Below are positions 21,970 through 31,885 of a stretch of DNA of 64,000 nucleotides, piece after piece. A model generated the notes under the pieces. It was given only the letters and a program-made list of their open reading frames with translations, was not told where the DNA came from and did no database searches. Position 1 is the first letter of the stretch, and every line of letters starts with the position of its first letter. The DNA comes from Arcobacteraceae bacterium. GTDB lineage: Bacteria > Campylobacterota > Campylobacteria > Campylobacterales > Arcobacteraceae. A program made the position numbers and the translations under genes. The stretch covers positions 416,001 through 480,000 of the forward strand of contig OY759974.1 in NCBI GenBank assembly GCA_963662945.1, in the 5' to 3' direction.

Positions 21970-24147
21970 ATGCAAAAGAATTTATTAATAATTTTAATCT
22001 TTATCTCTAACTTATTTTCAAGTCAAACACTAGATACAATAAAAAAATTTAATCCAACAAAAGAAGAGATAAAGAATGGTGCTGTAATCATAAAAAGGAA
22101 TATAAATACAACATTGGATAATAACAATTTTGCAACAGAAAAAATATATTATCTTATTGCAATACTAGATGATCAAGCAGCAAAAGACTACAGTCATATA
22201 AAAGCATCCTTTAATTCATTTTATAAAGACTATAAAATTGATTTTGCAAGAGTTATTTCAAAAAATGGAGAGATAGTAAATTTAAAAGATGATGCTGTTA
22301 TTTTAAAATCATCAAATAATAGTTATTATAGTGATAATAAAACTTTAGAGTTTTCCCTACCTAATTTAAAATCTGGTATGTTTATAGAATATCAATTAAC
22401 AAGTACTACTTTAAAACAATTAATCCATAATCATTATTTTGATAGTGGTAATTTCATGAAATTACATACCAACGATAGTTCAAAAATAAGAATTGATGCA
22501 ATCAAAGAATCAAGTGTAAAAATAAAGTTACCTAAAGGACAAAAACTCTACTATAAAGTTAAAAATATTAAAGATATTTTTAGCGTCACAGACCATGACA
22601 CATATACTGAATATGAAGCAAAATATAAAGATCTCCAGCATATCGAACTTGAACCTTTTTCAGCAATACAGTATTCTGAAATAGTACCAAATTATAATAT
22701 CTCTACTACAAAAGATTGGAATTTATTATCAAAACATTTTTTTAAAATATTTAGTGAAAAAACAGTAGTTACTGATGAATTAAAAACCTTGGCTTTTAAT
22801 ATTACCAAAAATAAAAATAGTAATAAAGAAAAAATTTTAGCAATTTATGAATTTATTCAAAAAAATATAAAATATATTTTTGCTAACTTGGGTTCAGGAG
22901 GATATACACCCCATGCAGCAAATGAAATTTTTGATAACCTTTATGGTGATTGTAAAGATCAAACCATATTATTTATTACATTACTAAAAGCTATTGGTAT
23001 AGAGTCTTACCCTACTTTAATTAGCTCATACAATGATGATATTCTAGATAAAAATAGTATTGTTTCTCCCTATTATTTTAATCATATGATTGCATATATT
23101 CCTAGTGAAAATGTCTGGGTAGATAATACAGGTAGTAACTTTAAATATCCTGGTATTACTTATCAATTAAAAGGAAAGTCTTCATTTATTATACAAGAGA
23201 ATGAACCCCTTTTTAAAAAAGTCAATACTCCTTTAAAAAATATTATATATATTACACAAAACTTTAGTATTGAAAATAAACTTTTATTACAAAATATAGA
23301 AATTGAATTAACTGGTGTATTTAGTCAAATTTATAAGTCATACTATGCACAAAATAGTAAAAATCTCAAATTAGGCTTAAAAGGTTTTATAAATCAAGCT
23401 TTTCAAAATAGTGAAATAACTAACTTGTCATTTGTAAATACAGACTCTATCAAAGATAATTTTAAAATTATAATTCAAGCTAAAGAAACTCGAGAATTAA
23501 AGCTAGATGATCAAGTCAATCCAGTTATAACTTATGGTTCAAGTATCATTGATGGTTTTGTATTTAACTTCACAAACTTAGCTTATTTTATTAAAAATGA
23601 AAATAATAAACAAGGTTTTAACTTCGGTTTTGAATATGAAATAATTAGAAAATTTCATTGCTTAGCTCCAACTAGTGATACAAAACCTACTTTAATTCAA
23701 GTACCCACTATATTACAAACAAAGTATTTTGAGACTAATTTTAAGCAAAAGGAAGATGAAAATAATATAATTATCTTGACTAACTTGAAAGTAAAAGAAA
23801 AATCAATAAAACCAAATGATTATAATCAAGAGCTTAACAACTTTAAAAAATTTTTGAATAATTCACAATGGTTATTACAATATAAGTATAATCAATTTTA
23901 TGCAAACGAAAGAAAATTAAAAAATAATAAAGATTTAGACTCACAAATAAAACTAGCAGAATCTTATATGAATAGAATGCAACTTACAGAAGCAAAATCA
24001 CTTTTAGATGGAATAATCAACAACTATCCTAAACATTATCAATTAAATTACACTTATGGAATACTTCTAGGATTAATAGGTGATGATAACTTATCTAATA
24101 AGTATCTTTCAATTGCTAATGAAATTAAACTTGAAAGGAATAAATAA
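21970..24147 (+). CDS. Exported DUF3857/transglutaminase-like domain protein with C-terminal TPR-like helices
   Basis: Signal peptide; YGDCKD, FNHMIAY, WVDNT (Cys-His-Asp triad). Confidence 0.8.
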   Translation: MQKNLLIILIFISNLFSSQTLDTIKKFNPTKEEIKNGAVIIKRNINTTLDNNNFATEKIYYLIAILDDQAAKDYSHIKASFNSFYKDYKIDFARVISKNGEIVNLKDDAVILKSSNNSYYSDNKTLEFSLPNLKSGMFIEYQLTSTTLKQLIHNHYFDSGNFMKLHTNDSSKIRIDAIKESSVKIKLPKGQKLYYKVKNIKDIFSVTDHDTYTEYEAKYKDLQHIELEPFSAIQYSEIVPNYNISTTKDWNLLSKHFFKIFSEKTVVTDELKTLAFNITKNKNSNKEKILAIYEFIQKNIKYIFANLGSGGYTPHAANEIFDNLYGDCKDQTILFITLLKAIGIESYPTLISSYNDDILDKNSIVSPYYFNHMIAYIPSENVWVDNTGSNFKYPGITYQLKGKSSFIIQENEPLFKKVNTPLKNIIYITQNFSIENKLLLQNIEIELTGVFSQIYKSYYAQNSKNLKLGLKGFINQAFQNSEITNLSFVNTDSIKDNFKIIIQAKETRELKLDDQVNPVITYGSSIIDGFVFNFTNLAYFIKNENNKQGFNFGFEYEIIRKFHCLAPTSDTKPTLIQVPTILQTKYFETNFKQKEDENNIIILTNLKVKEKSIKPNDYNQELNNFKKFLNNSQWLLQYKYNQFYANERKLKNNKDLDSQIKLAESYMNRMQLTEAKSLLDGIINNYPKHYQLNYTYGILLGLIGDDNLSNKYLSIANEIKLERNK

Positions 24148-24148
24148 T

Positions 24149-25519
24149 ATGAAAATTAAAATATTTATTATATTATTAGTTATATCTACTAACTTATTTG
24201 GTTTTTTTAATTTTTTTGAAAGTGAACAAGTTAGTCATTTAAAAAAAGAGATTGAAAAAGATTATAACAATGTTGATTTACACATACAATTATCAAATGA
24301 ATACTATAATGAATTTTTAAAATCAAAAGATAAAAATAGTATTGAAAATGCATATTCAGAAATCAAAATTGCCCAATCTTTAAATCCAATGGACTTAAAA
24401 CTCGTAAGTATGTGTTATGAAATTGGATTTAATTTAGTAAAGGAAACTAAGAAACAAGAATTTTTAAATGAGTTGAAAACTTATTTTGATATATTAATAA
24501 ATGCTAACATGAATATTGCTCCAATATCTTATTTGGAATCTATAATTACTCCATATAATGAAGAAAATTTTACTAAACACATTATTTTATTAAAAAAAGC
24601 TCTCAAAGATAATTATAAATTTGTAGACACCTATAATCTTTTGTCTAGTGTTTATATAGATACTAAAAAGTATGATTTAGCTCTGCAAATTGCAAGAATG
24701 GGAACAAAGTTAGCTCCAAACTATTATAGGTTTTATTTAACACAGGCTACTGCTTTACAAGGTAAAATTGATAATAATGAACAGAATAACAATTGTGATT
24801 TGTTTAATGATAAACAAAATGAAGAAATTATAAAATTACTTCAAAAGGCAATTAAACTAAATACTCAAGATACTACATATATGAGACATATGCTCTCTAC
24901 AATATACAAAAGAACAGGAAAAAATAAATTATCTATCTTTTTAATTAAACAATTAGTTGAACAAGACCCGAAAAATCAAGATAATCTTTTGCAACTTATA
25001 GAAAATTATACAGAAGACTTACAAATAGATAAATCAAAAGAACTACTTGCCACTATAACACCCAAAGATAGTGAATTACTAAATTGGTATAATAGTGAAT
25101 ATGCAACTATTTATATATTAGAACGTGATTGGAATAAAGCCTCAGAATATTTTAAAAAATTTTTAGATGGTTCCAAAACAGATAACTTTTATAGATATTT
25201 TACTTATAGTATTATTACCAACCCAAAAAATATCAATTCTTTTAAAGAGCTTGATAATCTTCCAAAATATGTTAAAGTAAATGATTGGCACAATGATTTA
25301 AAACTATTTGTTCAGCAAAAAATTGATGAAAAAAGCTTATTAGCTAAAGCTGATAATATATGTAAAAAGAGTGAGGCATTATATAGTATAGGTATAATAA
25401 ATTTATTAAATGGTAATGAAACCATTGCAAAAAAATATTTTCAAGATACTGTAAATTTAAAAGTTTATAGTTATACTGAATATATTCACAGTAAATACTA
25501 TATAAAAAATTTAAAATAG
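24149..25519 (+). CDS. Exported tetratricopeptide-repeat protein
   Basis: Signal peptide from ATG 24149 (RBS AAGGA); repeated TPR-like helices; NlpI-like C-terminus (CKKSEALYSIG...KVYSYTEY). Confidence 0.7.
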   Translation: MKIKIFIILLVISTNLFGFFNFFESEQVSHLKKEIEKDYNNVDLHIQLSNEYYNEFLKSKDKNSIENAYSEIKIAQSLNPMDLKLVSMCYEIGFNLVKETKKQEFLNELKTYFDILINANMNIAPISYLESIITPYNEENFTKHIILLKKALKDNYKFVDTYNLLSSVYIDTKKYDLALQIARMGTKLAPNYYRFYLTQATALQGKIDNNEQNNNCDLFNDKQNEEIIKLLQKAIKLNTQDTTYMRHMLSTIYKRTGKNKLSIFLIKQLVEQDPKNQDNLLQLIENYTEDLQIDKSKELLATITPKDSELLNWYNSEYATIYILERDWNKASEYFKKFLDGSKTDNFYRYFTYSIITNPKNINSFKELDNLPKYVKVNDWHNDLKLFVQQKIDEKSLLAKADNICKKSEALYSIGIINLLNGNETIAKKYFQDTVNLKVYSYTEYIHSKYYIKNLK

Positions 25520-25523
25520 ATTT

Positions 25524-25973
25524 TCACATTACTTTTACTTTAAACACAAGTTTTTTCATTTTTCCTTCTCCTAAAAGTGGTGCATGTGCATCTGTTGGAA
25601 AAAAAATAGCGAAACTTCCTTTTGAAACTGCAAAGATTGATTCAAACGATTCATGAAAAAATCCATAATCTTTTTCTTTATCAAAAGGGCTAACCCATTC
25701 TTGACACTGAGATAAGCTTTTCCACCCCATAGACTCACCATCAATAAGTGGTATTTGTATATCGATAAATTGTCGATGAACTTCAAGTTTTGCATTGTCT
25801 TTTATTCTCAATGGAGAAATTTCATAAATCATATAAAGTTTATCTTTTATAAGTTCTATTTTGCCCTCTTCAAGAGTCTCTACATTAAGCTGTTTTAAAA
25901 ATCTTGACACCTCACCAAAAAGTGGATGTAAAGTGACATATTTATCAAAATTATCAAGTGTATCTAGTATCAT
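25524..25973 (-). CDS. YhcH/YjgK/YiaL family protein
   Basis: LEVHRQFIDIQ and FAIFFPTDAHAP. Confidence 0.9.
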   Translation of the reverse strand: MILDTLDNFDKYVTLHPLFGEVSRFLKQLNVETLEEGKIELIKDKLYMIYEISPLRIKDNAKLEVHRQFIDIQIPLIDGESMGWKSLSQCQEWVSPFDKEKDYGFFHESFESIFAVSKGSFAIFFPTDAHAPLLGEGKMKKLVFKVKVM

Positions 25974-26136
25974 CAGTATCCTTTATTTGTCGATATTATA
26001 TCAAATCTTGAAAAAATTTATTCTCTCTTCCAATTAAAATTTATAAAAAAATAAACTTATAATCTTATATTATATTTTTAAACTGAAATATGATACACTA
26101 TTCTTACTACAAAACATACAATAGGATTAAGTAAAA

Positions 26137-26481
26137 ATGCGACTTATAGATTTATTTTCAGATTACATTAGAAACAAAAAAGACCTTATAGAATATATTG
26201 AAAAAAGAAAAGATATAAATGAAAGAGGTGAGTTCAATGATGAAAAACTAAGACTTGCTGCACAAAAACTTGAAAGACTCAAAAAAGAATATCCGGAGAT
26301 TTATGATGGGATGTTTGAAACATTAGAAGAATACTATAGAAGAGATGAAGGACATTATGTAGAATATCCTATAAACTTTTTAAAAGAGATTTTGATGATG
26401 TTTGAAAACCATGTTACTGTTGAACAAATTTACAAATCATACAGAGATGGTTTACACCATAAATGTAGGGATGCTTACTAA
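26137..26481 (+). CDS. Hypothetical protein
   Basis: 114-aa ORF with RBS-like AGGA; no motif recognised. Confidence 0.7.
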   Translation: MRLIDLFSDYIRNKKDLIEYIEKRKDINERGEFNDEKLRLAAQKLERLKKEYPEIYDGMFETLEEYYRRDEGHYVEYPINFLKEILMMFENHVTVEQIYKSYRDGLHHKCRDAY

Positions 26482-26485
26482 TATT

Positions 26486-26875
26486 TTATACCAAACAACA
26501 AAGATAACTTTGTTCTTGGTACTTATTTAGCTCTTTTGGATAAGTCACTTCCATTTTCTTCTCATATTTACTTAATGCTTGAGGAGACACAAACACAACT
26601 TCACAAATATCATTTAACTGAATAATTGTTTCTATTTTAAAAGTGATAGCACCACCAGCAAAATTTCCTTTTTTTGAACGTTTTTTAACAATGATTTTTT
26701 CTATTTGATTTTCTTGAATAAATGCTTCAAAACTTTTTTTAAATTCAACTACATTAGCTTGTATTTCATCATCTTCAAGTATTAGTTTTTTTATCTTTAC
26801 ATCAAGATAATTTCCTTTCTCTACAATGCTTAGTATTGCATAATTAGATTTTATCTCTATACCACATATTCTCAT
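26486..26875 (-). CDS. DUF3010 family protein (RNase H-like fold)
   Basis: MRICGIEIK and KRSKKGNFAGGAITFKIE. Confidence 0.8.
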   Translation of the reverse strand: MRICGIEIKSNYAILSIVEKGNYLDVKIKKLILEDDEIQANVVEFKKSFEAFIQENQIEKIIVKKRSKKGNFAGGAITFKIETIIQLNDICEVVFVSPQALSKYEKKMEVTYPKELNKYQEQSYLCCLV

Positions 26876-26922
26876 ATTTTTATCCTTGTATGATTTTATA
26901 TATGATATTGTAACTTATAATT

Positions 26923-27225
26923 TTAGAAGAGATTCATTTCCTTGCATATTGCAATGAAAACTATTTGTAAAATACAAACTAAAATAAATTTCCATAAAAA
27001 TGAAATTTTTTTTATCTTATGCCGAAAAATAAGCATAGCTAAAATAGAACCAACTGTACCACCAACAAAGGTAAAAAACAATAATCGTAATTCTGATACT
27101 CTTGATATATTTTTTTCCACTCTCATAGCTTGTAACTTATCGAAAGAATATAATATAAATGCAAAAATATTTATCAATAGAAAATAGAGTTCTATATATG
27201 TAAGTGTAAAATCTATATGTATCAT
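26923..27225 (-). CDS. DUF1294 family membrane protein
   Basis: YSFDK...RVSE...GGTVGS...FRHK pattern. Confidence 0.85.
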   Translation of the reverse strand: MIHIDFTLTYIELYFLLINIFAFILYSFDKLQAMRVEKNISRVSELRLLFFTFVGGTVGSILAMLIFRHKIKKISFLWKFILVCILQIVFIAICKEMNLF

Positions 27226-27293
27226 TCTGCTTCAAATAAACCTTTATTTTTCTATGATATACTACCCTACTTTAATACAAATTTGGAGTTTGA

Positions 27294-27614
27294 ATGAATA
27301 GTTTACCTATTAATATAAATATTAAGTTTAAAACTATAACACAGCTTATCCCAAAAGAACTTGGAATACGAAAAAAAATCGGCATTTATACTGCGATTGA
27401 TAGTCTAAATCAAACATATATTTTCTTATATATTATACAAAAAAGTAGATTTCTTCAAAAAGATGTGGAAAAGATTGAAGATATTTATACTCTAATACAA
27501 AGTTACACAAATACTAGCTTTAATAAAAAATATATCATCATAGAATCTCCACTTTGTTCAAAAGCAAAAGCAAAGTTAGAAAATAATTCTTGGAGTTGTG
27601 AAAATATATTATGA
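27294..27614 (+). CDS. Hypothetical protein
   Basis: 106-aa ORF with RBS GGAG; QKSRFLQKD and SPLCSKA. Confidence 0.7.
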   Translation: MNSLPININIKFKTITQLIPKELGIRKKIGIYTAIDSLNQTYIFLYIIQKSRFLQKDVEKIEDIYTLIQSYTNTSFNKKYIIIESPLCSKAKAKLENNSWSCENIL

Positions 27615-27940
27615 TGAAAAACGAAATTTTCAACTTTCTAACCAATATTCCAAAAGAATCCTCAGAGGAAATATTTCAAACTATTCTACAAAATGACAAT
27701 ATAAAGGTAGAACGAATTATCTCTTATGGACAAACTACTCCAAAGGATTATTGGTATGACCAAAACGAAGATGAATTTGTTTTAGTTTTAGAAGGTGAAG
27801 CAAAGATAGCCTATGATGATGAAAGTTTATATCATCTTAAAAAGGGAGATAGTCTTTATATAAAAGCTCACCAGAAGCATCAAGTTAGATATACTTCAAA
27901 TCCTACGATTTGGTTAGCAATCTTTATTTCTAAAAATTAA
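27611..27940 (+). CDS. Cupin domain protein
   Basis: ERIISYGQ...WYDQ..DEFVLVLEG, HQKHQV. Confidence 0.85.
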   Translation: MMKNEIFNFLTNIPKESSEEIFQTILQNDNIKVERIISYGQTTPKDYWYDQNEDEFVLVLEGEAKIAYDDESLYHLKKGDSLYIKAHQKHQVRYTSNPTIWLAIFISKN

Positions 27941-28565
27941 TAAACATTTCCAACTTCTCTTTGTCTAAAAGAGTATGTTCCTTATCTATGATTTTTAAGT
28001 CTTTAAGCTTTTTAAGTATTCTTGAAAGTGTTTCTGGTGTCATATGTAATTCTGTTGCTATGATTTTATTTTTTTTATTTTTAAATGATAAGGGATTATC
28101 GTGTATATAAGAAGCTACTTTTGTAGTAGCATCAAAGATAAGACTTCTATTTAAAAGTCCATCCATCCCTTTTATTTTTCTTGTAAGTGATTTTGTTACT
28201 TGAAACGATATAGCTGCATTTGTTTGTAAAATTTTTAGAAACTCATCTTTTTTTATTAAAGCAAAAGTAGAGTCTTCTACACAGATACAAGTTGCGGGAA
28301 AATTAAATCCCTCAATACTTGCCATCTCTGCAATAAGCGTAGTTCCTACAAAATTATGCAAAACAATTTCAGTTCCTTTTGGATCAACTTTATATACTTT
28401 TGCAAAACCATCAATCAATAGATAAAAATAATTTGGTGTATCGCCTTCGTAAAATACAATATTTTCTTTTTTAAATTTTTCTATTGTAGTTATATATGCT
28501 ATATCTTGTAATTCATCACTACTTAATGAACTAAATAAATCTAATTTTTGTAGTTGTTCTATCAT
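27930..28565 (-). CDS. Crp/Fnr family regulator (Nss/Dnr type)
   Basis: cNMP-binding-like domain (FYEGD, IAEMA), HTH MTPETLSR, no N-terminal FNR Cys cluster. Confidence 0.9.
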   Translation of the reverse strand: MIEQLQKLDLFSSLSSDELQDIAYITTIEKFKKENIVFYEGDTPNYFYLLIDGFAKVYKVDPKGTEIVLHNFVGTTLIAEMASIEGFNFPATCICVEDSTFALIKKDEFLKILQTNAAISFQVTKSLTRKIKGMDGLLNRSLIFDATTKVASYIHDNPLSFKNKKNKIIATELHMTPETLSRILKKLKDLKIIDKEHTLLDKEKLEMFINF

Positions 28566-28596
28566 TGTGTAATAGTAGCGAATATCTTTTCTTAGG

Positions 28597-28935
28597 TCAA
28601 GAAAATAATTTATTTTTTAGTTTTAATAACCCTAATTTTACTCCACTAAATCGCATAATTTTTGCTAACTGTTTCCATTGTGATTTTTCATAACAAGGAG
28701 TAGGACACTTTCTACACCTTGGTTTTTCTTCATGTGGACAGTTTTGAAGTTTATCAAGAGAATACTCAAATATCCCTAGACATTCACTACAAAGATTAAG
28801 TGTCGTTGAAAAGTAGAAGTTTTTATAAGGTATATTCTGTTTTATTGGAAATTGATTTGTATGTTTACTAGCACAATAAGTTTGTAAAAAAATTTTTAAA
28901 GTTTCTATTTCATGTTCAAACTTCTGAGTTGTCAT
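28597..28935 (-). CDS. YgbA-like (nitrous oxide-stimulated promoter family) protein
   Basis: YC..KH...CSEC...CPHEEKPRCRKCPTPCY...IMRFSG. Confidence 0.85.
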   Translation of the reverse strand: MTTQKFEHEIETLKIFLQTYCASKHTNQFPIKQNIPYKNFYFSTTLNLCSECLGIFEYSLDKLQNCPHEEKPRCRKCPTPCYEKSQWKQLAKIMRFSGVKLGLLKLKNKLFS

Positions 28936-29570
28936 ACTATTTTACATTTTTGGATGTCATCTTTATAACTTTGTGCTATAAAATCAGCGGCTAAAATCGT
29001 ATCTAAAATATTTTTTTCTATTGTTTTTGTTTCTAAATATTGTGTCATCTCTTGTATTGTTATATCACTTTTTCTTTTCTCTAGTTTTACAATATCATTA
29101 AGTTTTATATTTCCTTCTTGCAATACTCTGACATACCAACCAGTAGCATTATGTTGTTTAATAAACTGAGAAGCTTTATTTGAGATAACAGCCCCAATTT
29201 TCCAACATGGCTGTCGTGGTTGCGTGACTTGTAATAAAACCTCTCCTATACTATACACATCTCCTACACAAACAGTTGTTTCATCTACATCATTTACTAA
29301 AATATTTGCAGAAAATATAGTCATATCCATAGACTCTTTAAATTCTTCTTCATAAATTATACTATGATTTGTTGACGCTATTAAGAGTGCTTTATCTAAG
29401 CCTCCATGATATCTTTTATCTGCTTGTTCATCTTCTTTAATACCATCTTTTGAAATATATGCAATTTGATATGGTTCCCTCTTTAAATACCCACTTTGAA
29501 ACTCTTTTTCTTTTATTTTATAAGATTGAATCTTTCCACCAAATATATATTGGACTGCTATACTATTCAT
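28932..29570 (-). CDS. MOSC domain protein (YiiM-like)
   Basis: DEQADKRYHGG, QVTQPRQPCWK, GWYVRVLQEG. Confidence 0.9.
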   Translation of the reverse strand: MNSIAVQYIFGGKIQSYKIKEKEFQSGYLKREPYQIAYISKDGIKEDEQADKRYHGGLDKALLIASTNHSIIYEEEFKESMDMTIFSANILVNDVDETTVCVGDVYSIGEVLLQVTQPRQPCWKIGAVISNKASQFIKQHNATGWYVRVLQEGNIKLNDIVKLEKRKSDITIQEMTQYLETKTIEKNILDTILAADFIAQSYKDDIQKCKIV

Positions 29571-30160
29571 AATATTGTTATAACCTTATCTTTATTTTTG
29601 AAGATTTCTCTAACTCGTTCTTGCCAAATTTTACCAAATAGTACCTTATCATCTTGTGTTGCAGTTTGTTTTAAAATTTTTTCCATTAGTTTTGGTTGAA
29701 GTGGATTAATACTTACAGAACTTGGGTTGTAAACTACTTCTACAGTTTCTCCCGTATCTAATCTTTGAAGTTTCACATCGGAGGTTATATCTGCATTAAA
29801 CTTCATCAAATCATGTCTAACATAATTACCTCCAATTCCTTTAAAACCAAACTGTTCTGTAGCACCAGTTATTTGTGTAAAGACATTTGCAATAACTCCT
29901 GCAACGCCATCATTACAGTCTTCTTTAAAAGCCACAAAGATTTCACCTCTTTTAGGTAACTCATCTTTATACAATGCTTTTAATCCAGCTTGAGCCATCA
30001 AATATGCACCAGCAACTGTCGGACAACTATGCCCTGCACTTTTAACTATATCTAAATAACTAAAATGCATTACACCATTTTCAAAAATGCCTAAAAAATC
30101 TGACAACTCATCTTGTAAAGTTATTGTTTCTATAGTGCTAAAAAAATCTGGGTATTTCAT
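29567..30160 (-). CDS. FmdE-like protein
   Basis: GHSCPTVAGAY motif; start at ATG 30160 with RBS GAGGA. Confidence 0.7.
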   Translation of the reverse strand: MKYPDFFSTIETITLQDELSDFLGIFENGVMHFSYLDIVKSAGHSCPTVAGAYLMAQAGLKALYKDELPKRGEIFVAFKEDCNDGVAGVIANVFTQITGATEQFGFKGIGGNYVRHDLMKFNADITSDVKLQRLDTGETVEVVYNPSSVSINPLQPKLMEKILKQTATQDDKVLFGKIWQERVREIFKNKDKVITIL

Positions 30161-30221
30161 AAAAATCCTCTTTGTATTAATAATATTACAAAGAGTATAC
30201 AAAAAAGAGAAGGGAAAGATA

Positions 30222-30235
30222 TTGATACATATCAA
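30222..30235. promoter_or_regulatory. FNR/Nss-type box
   Basis: TTGAT-acat-ATCAA, centred at -41.5 relative to a minus-strand TATACT -10 box at 30194-30199. Confidence 0.85.
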
Positions 30236-30244
30236 GATTTAGTA

Positions 30245-30595
30245 TTAGTTTTGATTATCCCAAACAAGTTGTTTAAAGGCTTTCATTGAAGGTTTATCTA
30301 TATTTTTCATCATAGCGACTCTTAAATTATGGATAATCTCTTCATACTCTTTTTTGGGTTTGATAGGATTATCAGTTCGTGACATCGCAATAATTTGATG
30401 TATTTTTTTGTTTAATGGTGTTGGTTCTTTATCTACTATTCCATCATAAACTGACATAAACAGATTATAGTTATCATAATCCATTTTACATGAACCATCA
30501 AGTATTTTCAAAGCTAACAGTGTACAATAATGTAAATCTATCTCATCAAACTCATAGGTTCTTGCCCACTCATAAACTGTGGATAAATCATCCAT
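30245..30595 (-). CDS. Hypothetical protein coupled to the nif-associated clpX
   Basis: ATG 30595 overlaps the 3' end of clpX; no motif recognised. Confidence 0.7.
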   Translation of the reverse strand: MDDLSTVYEWARTYEFDEIDLHYCTLLALKILDGSCKMDYDNYNLFMSVYDGIVDKEPTPLNKKIHQIIAMSRTDNPIKPKKEYEEIIHNLRVAMMKNIDKPSMKAFKQLVWDNQN

Positions 30596-31835
30596 TTTCT
30601 TTTTCTTCAATAATGTTTTTTGCCACTTTTTTATCTTTTACATATTCTAAGATAACATCTGCTTTAGCATCAATAAAATCTTTTGTTATGATACATTTTT
30701 CAATATCATTTGATGCAGGAAGTTCATACTGAAGTGGCAGCATAATTTTTTCTATAATACCCCGAAGACCTCTTGCCCCAACACCTTTTTTCTGCGCAAG
30801 TTCTGCAATTGTTTCTAAAGCTTCAGGAGTGAACTCTAAATCCATACCATCAAGTTCAAATAATGCTTGATATTGTTTAATAATAGCATTTTTAGGTTCT
30901 TGTAAAACTCGTATTAAATCTTCTGTTGTAAGTTCATTGAGTGTTGCAATTACAGGAATTCTTCCTATAAACTCAGGGATTAATCCATAAGAGATTAAAT
31001 CTTTTGATTCAACCTCATCAGTAATATCCGCAAAACTTTCTTTCATAAATCCCATAACTTTTTTTCTATGTTTTTTCTTTTGTTCATCATCTCCAACAAG
31101 ACCAACAAAAGCACCACCACAGATAAAAAGTACATGTGTAGTATCAAATAAAACAGTTTCAGTAGTTGAACTTTTTCTACTTCCTTTTACAGGAACATAA
31201 ACCTCTCCACCTTCAAGAATTTTCAATAATCCTTGTTGAACACCTTCTCCACTTACATCTCTACCACTTGTTGCACTTTCACTTTTATTTGCAACTTTAT
31301 CTATCTCATCGATATAGATAATCCCTTTTTGCGCTCTCTCAACATCAAAATCTGCACTTGCTAAAAGTCGTGAAAGGATAGACTCAACATCTTCCCCAAC
31401 ATATCCAGCTTCTGTTAAAGCTGTAGCATCTGCAACTGCAAATGGTACATCCATAATCTTAGCTAGTGATTTTGCCAAAAGTGTTTTACCACTTCCTGTT
31501 GGACCTATAAGCATGATATTTGATTTTTCTATCTCAACATCTTTAAAAACAGGTCTATCTATTCTTTTATAATGTGAGTATAAAGCAACTGAAAGTACTT
31601 TTTTTGCATCACTTTGCCCTATTACATAATTATCAAGATGTTCTTTGATTTTTGTAGGAACTGAAAGCCCTTTTTGAAAATCTTCTTTTGCTTTTTTCAA
31701 CTCGCTTTTGTGCATAACCATTGAACAGGTTTCTACACATTCATTACAGATATGTGCATTTTCAGCACTAAATATTTTATTTACTTCTGAGACTTTTTTA
31801 CCACAAAAATCACATATTAATTCTTCTTTATTCAT
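30588..31835 (-). CDS. clpX: Clp protease ATPase ClpX (atypical, probably a nif-associated paralog)
   Basis: Zn finger CDFC...ICNEC, GPTGSGKT, GYVGEDVE, RDVSGEGVQQ, GARGLR. Confidence 0.9.
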   Translation of the reverse strand: MNKEELICDFCGKKVSEVNKIFSAENAHICNECVETCSMVMHKSELKKAKEDFQKGLSVPTKIKEHLDNYVIGQSDAKKVLSVALYSHYKRIDRPVFKDVEIEKSNIMLIGPTGSGKTLLAKSLAKIMDVPFAVADATALTEAGYVGEDVESILSRLLASADFDVERAQKGIIYIDEIDKVANKSESATSGRDVSGEGVQQGLLKILEGGEVYVPVKGSRKSSTTETVLFDTTHVLFICGGAFVGLVGDDEQKKKHRKKVMGFMKESFADITDEVESKDLISYGLIPEFIGRIPVIATLNELTTEDLIRVLQEPKNAIIKQYQALFELDGMDLEFTPEALETIAELAQKKGVGARGLRGIIEKIMLPLQYELPASNDIEKCIITKDFIDAKADVILEYVKDKKVAKNIIEEKENG

Positions 31836-31868
31836 TATAAGGCCTTTAGAAGGTATTTAAAATTTACC

Positions 31869-31885
31869 TGCAAGAAATGTTCCTT
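31869..31885 (-). promoter_or_regulatory. Sigma54 (-24/-12) promoter of clpX
   Basis: AAGGAACATTTCTTGCA (GG-N10-GC). Confidence 0.75.

Noticed and set aside
18772-25519. Integrative element at tRNA-Asn
   Set aside because: No integrase or transposase, and I found no duplicate of the tRNA 3' end in the window
30161-30235. N-terminal extension of the FmdE-like ORF
   Set aside because: It spans the FNR-type box and the -10 element; ATG 30160 has the RBS
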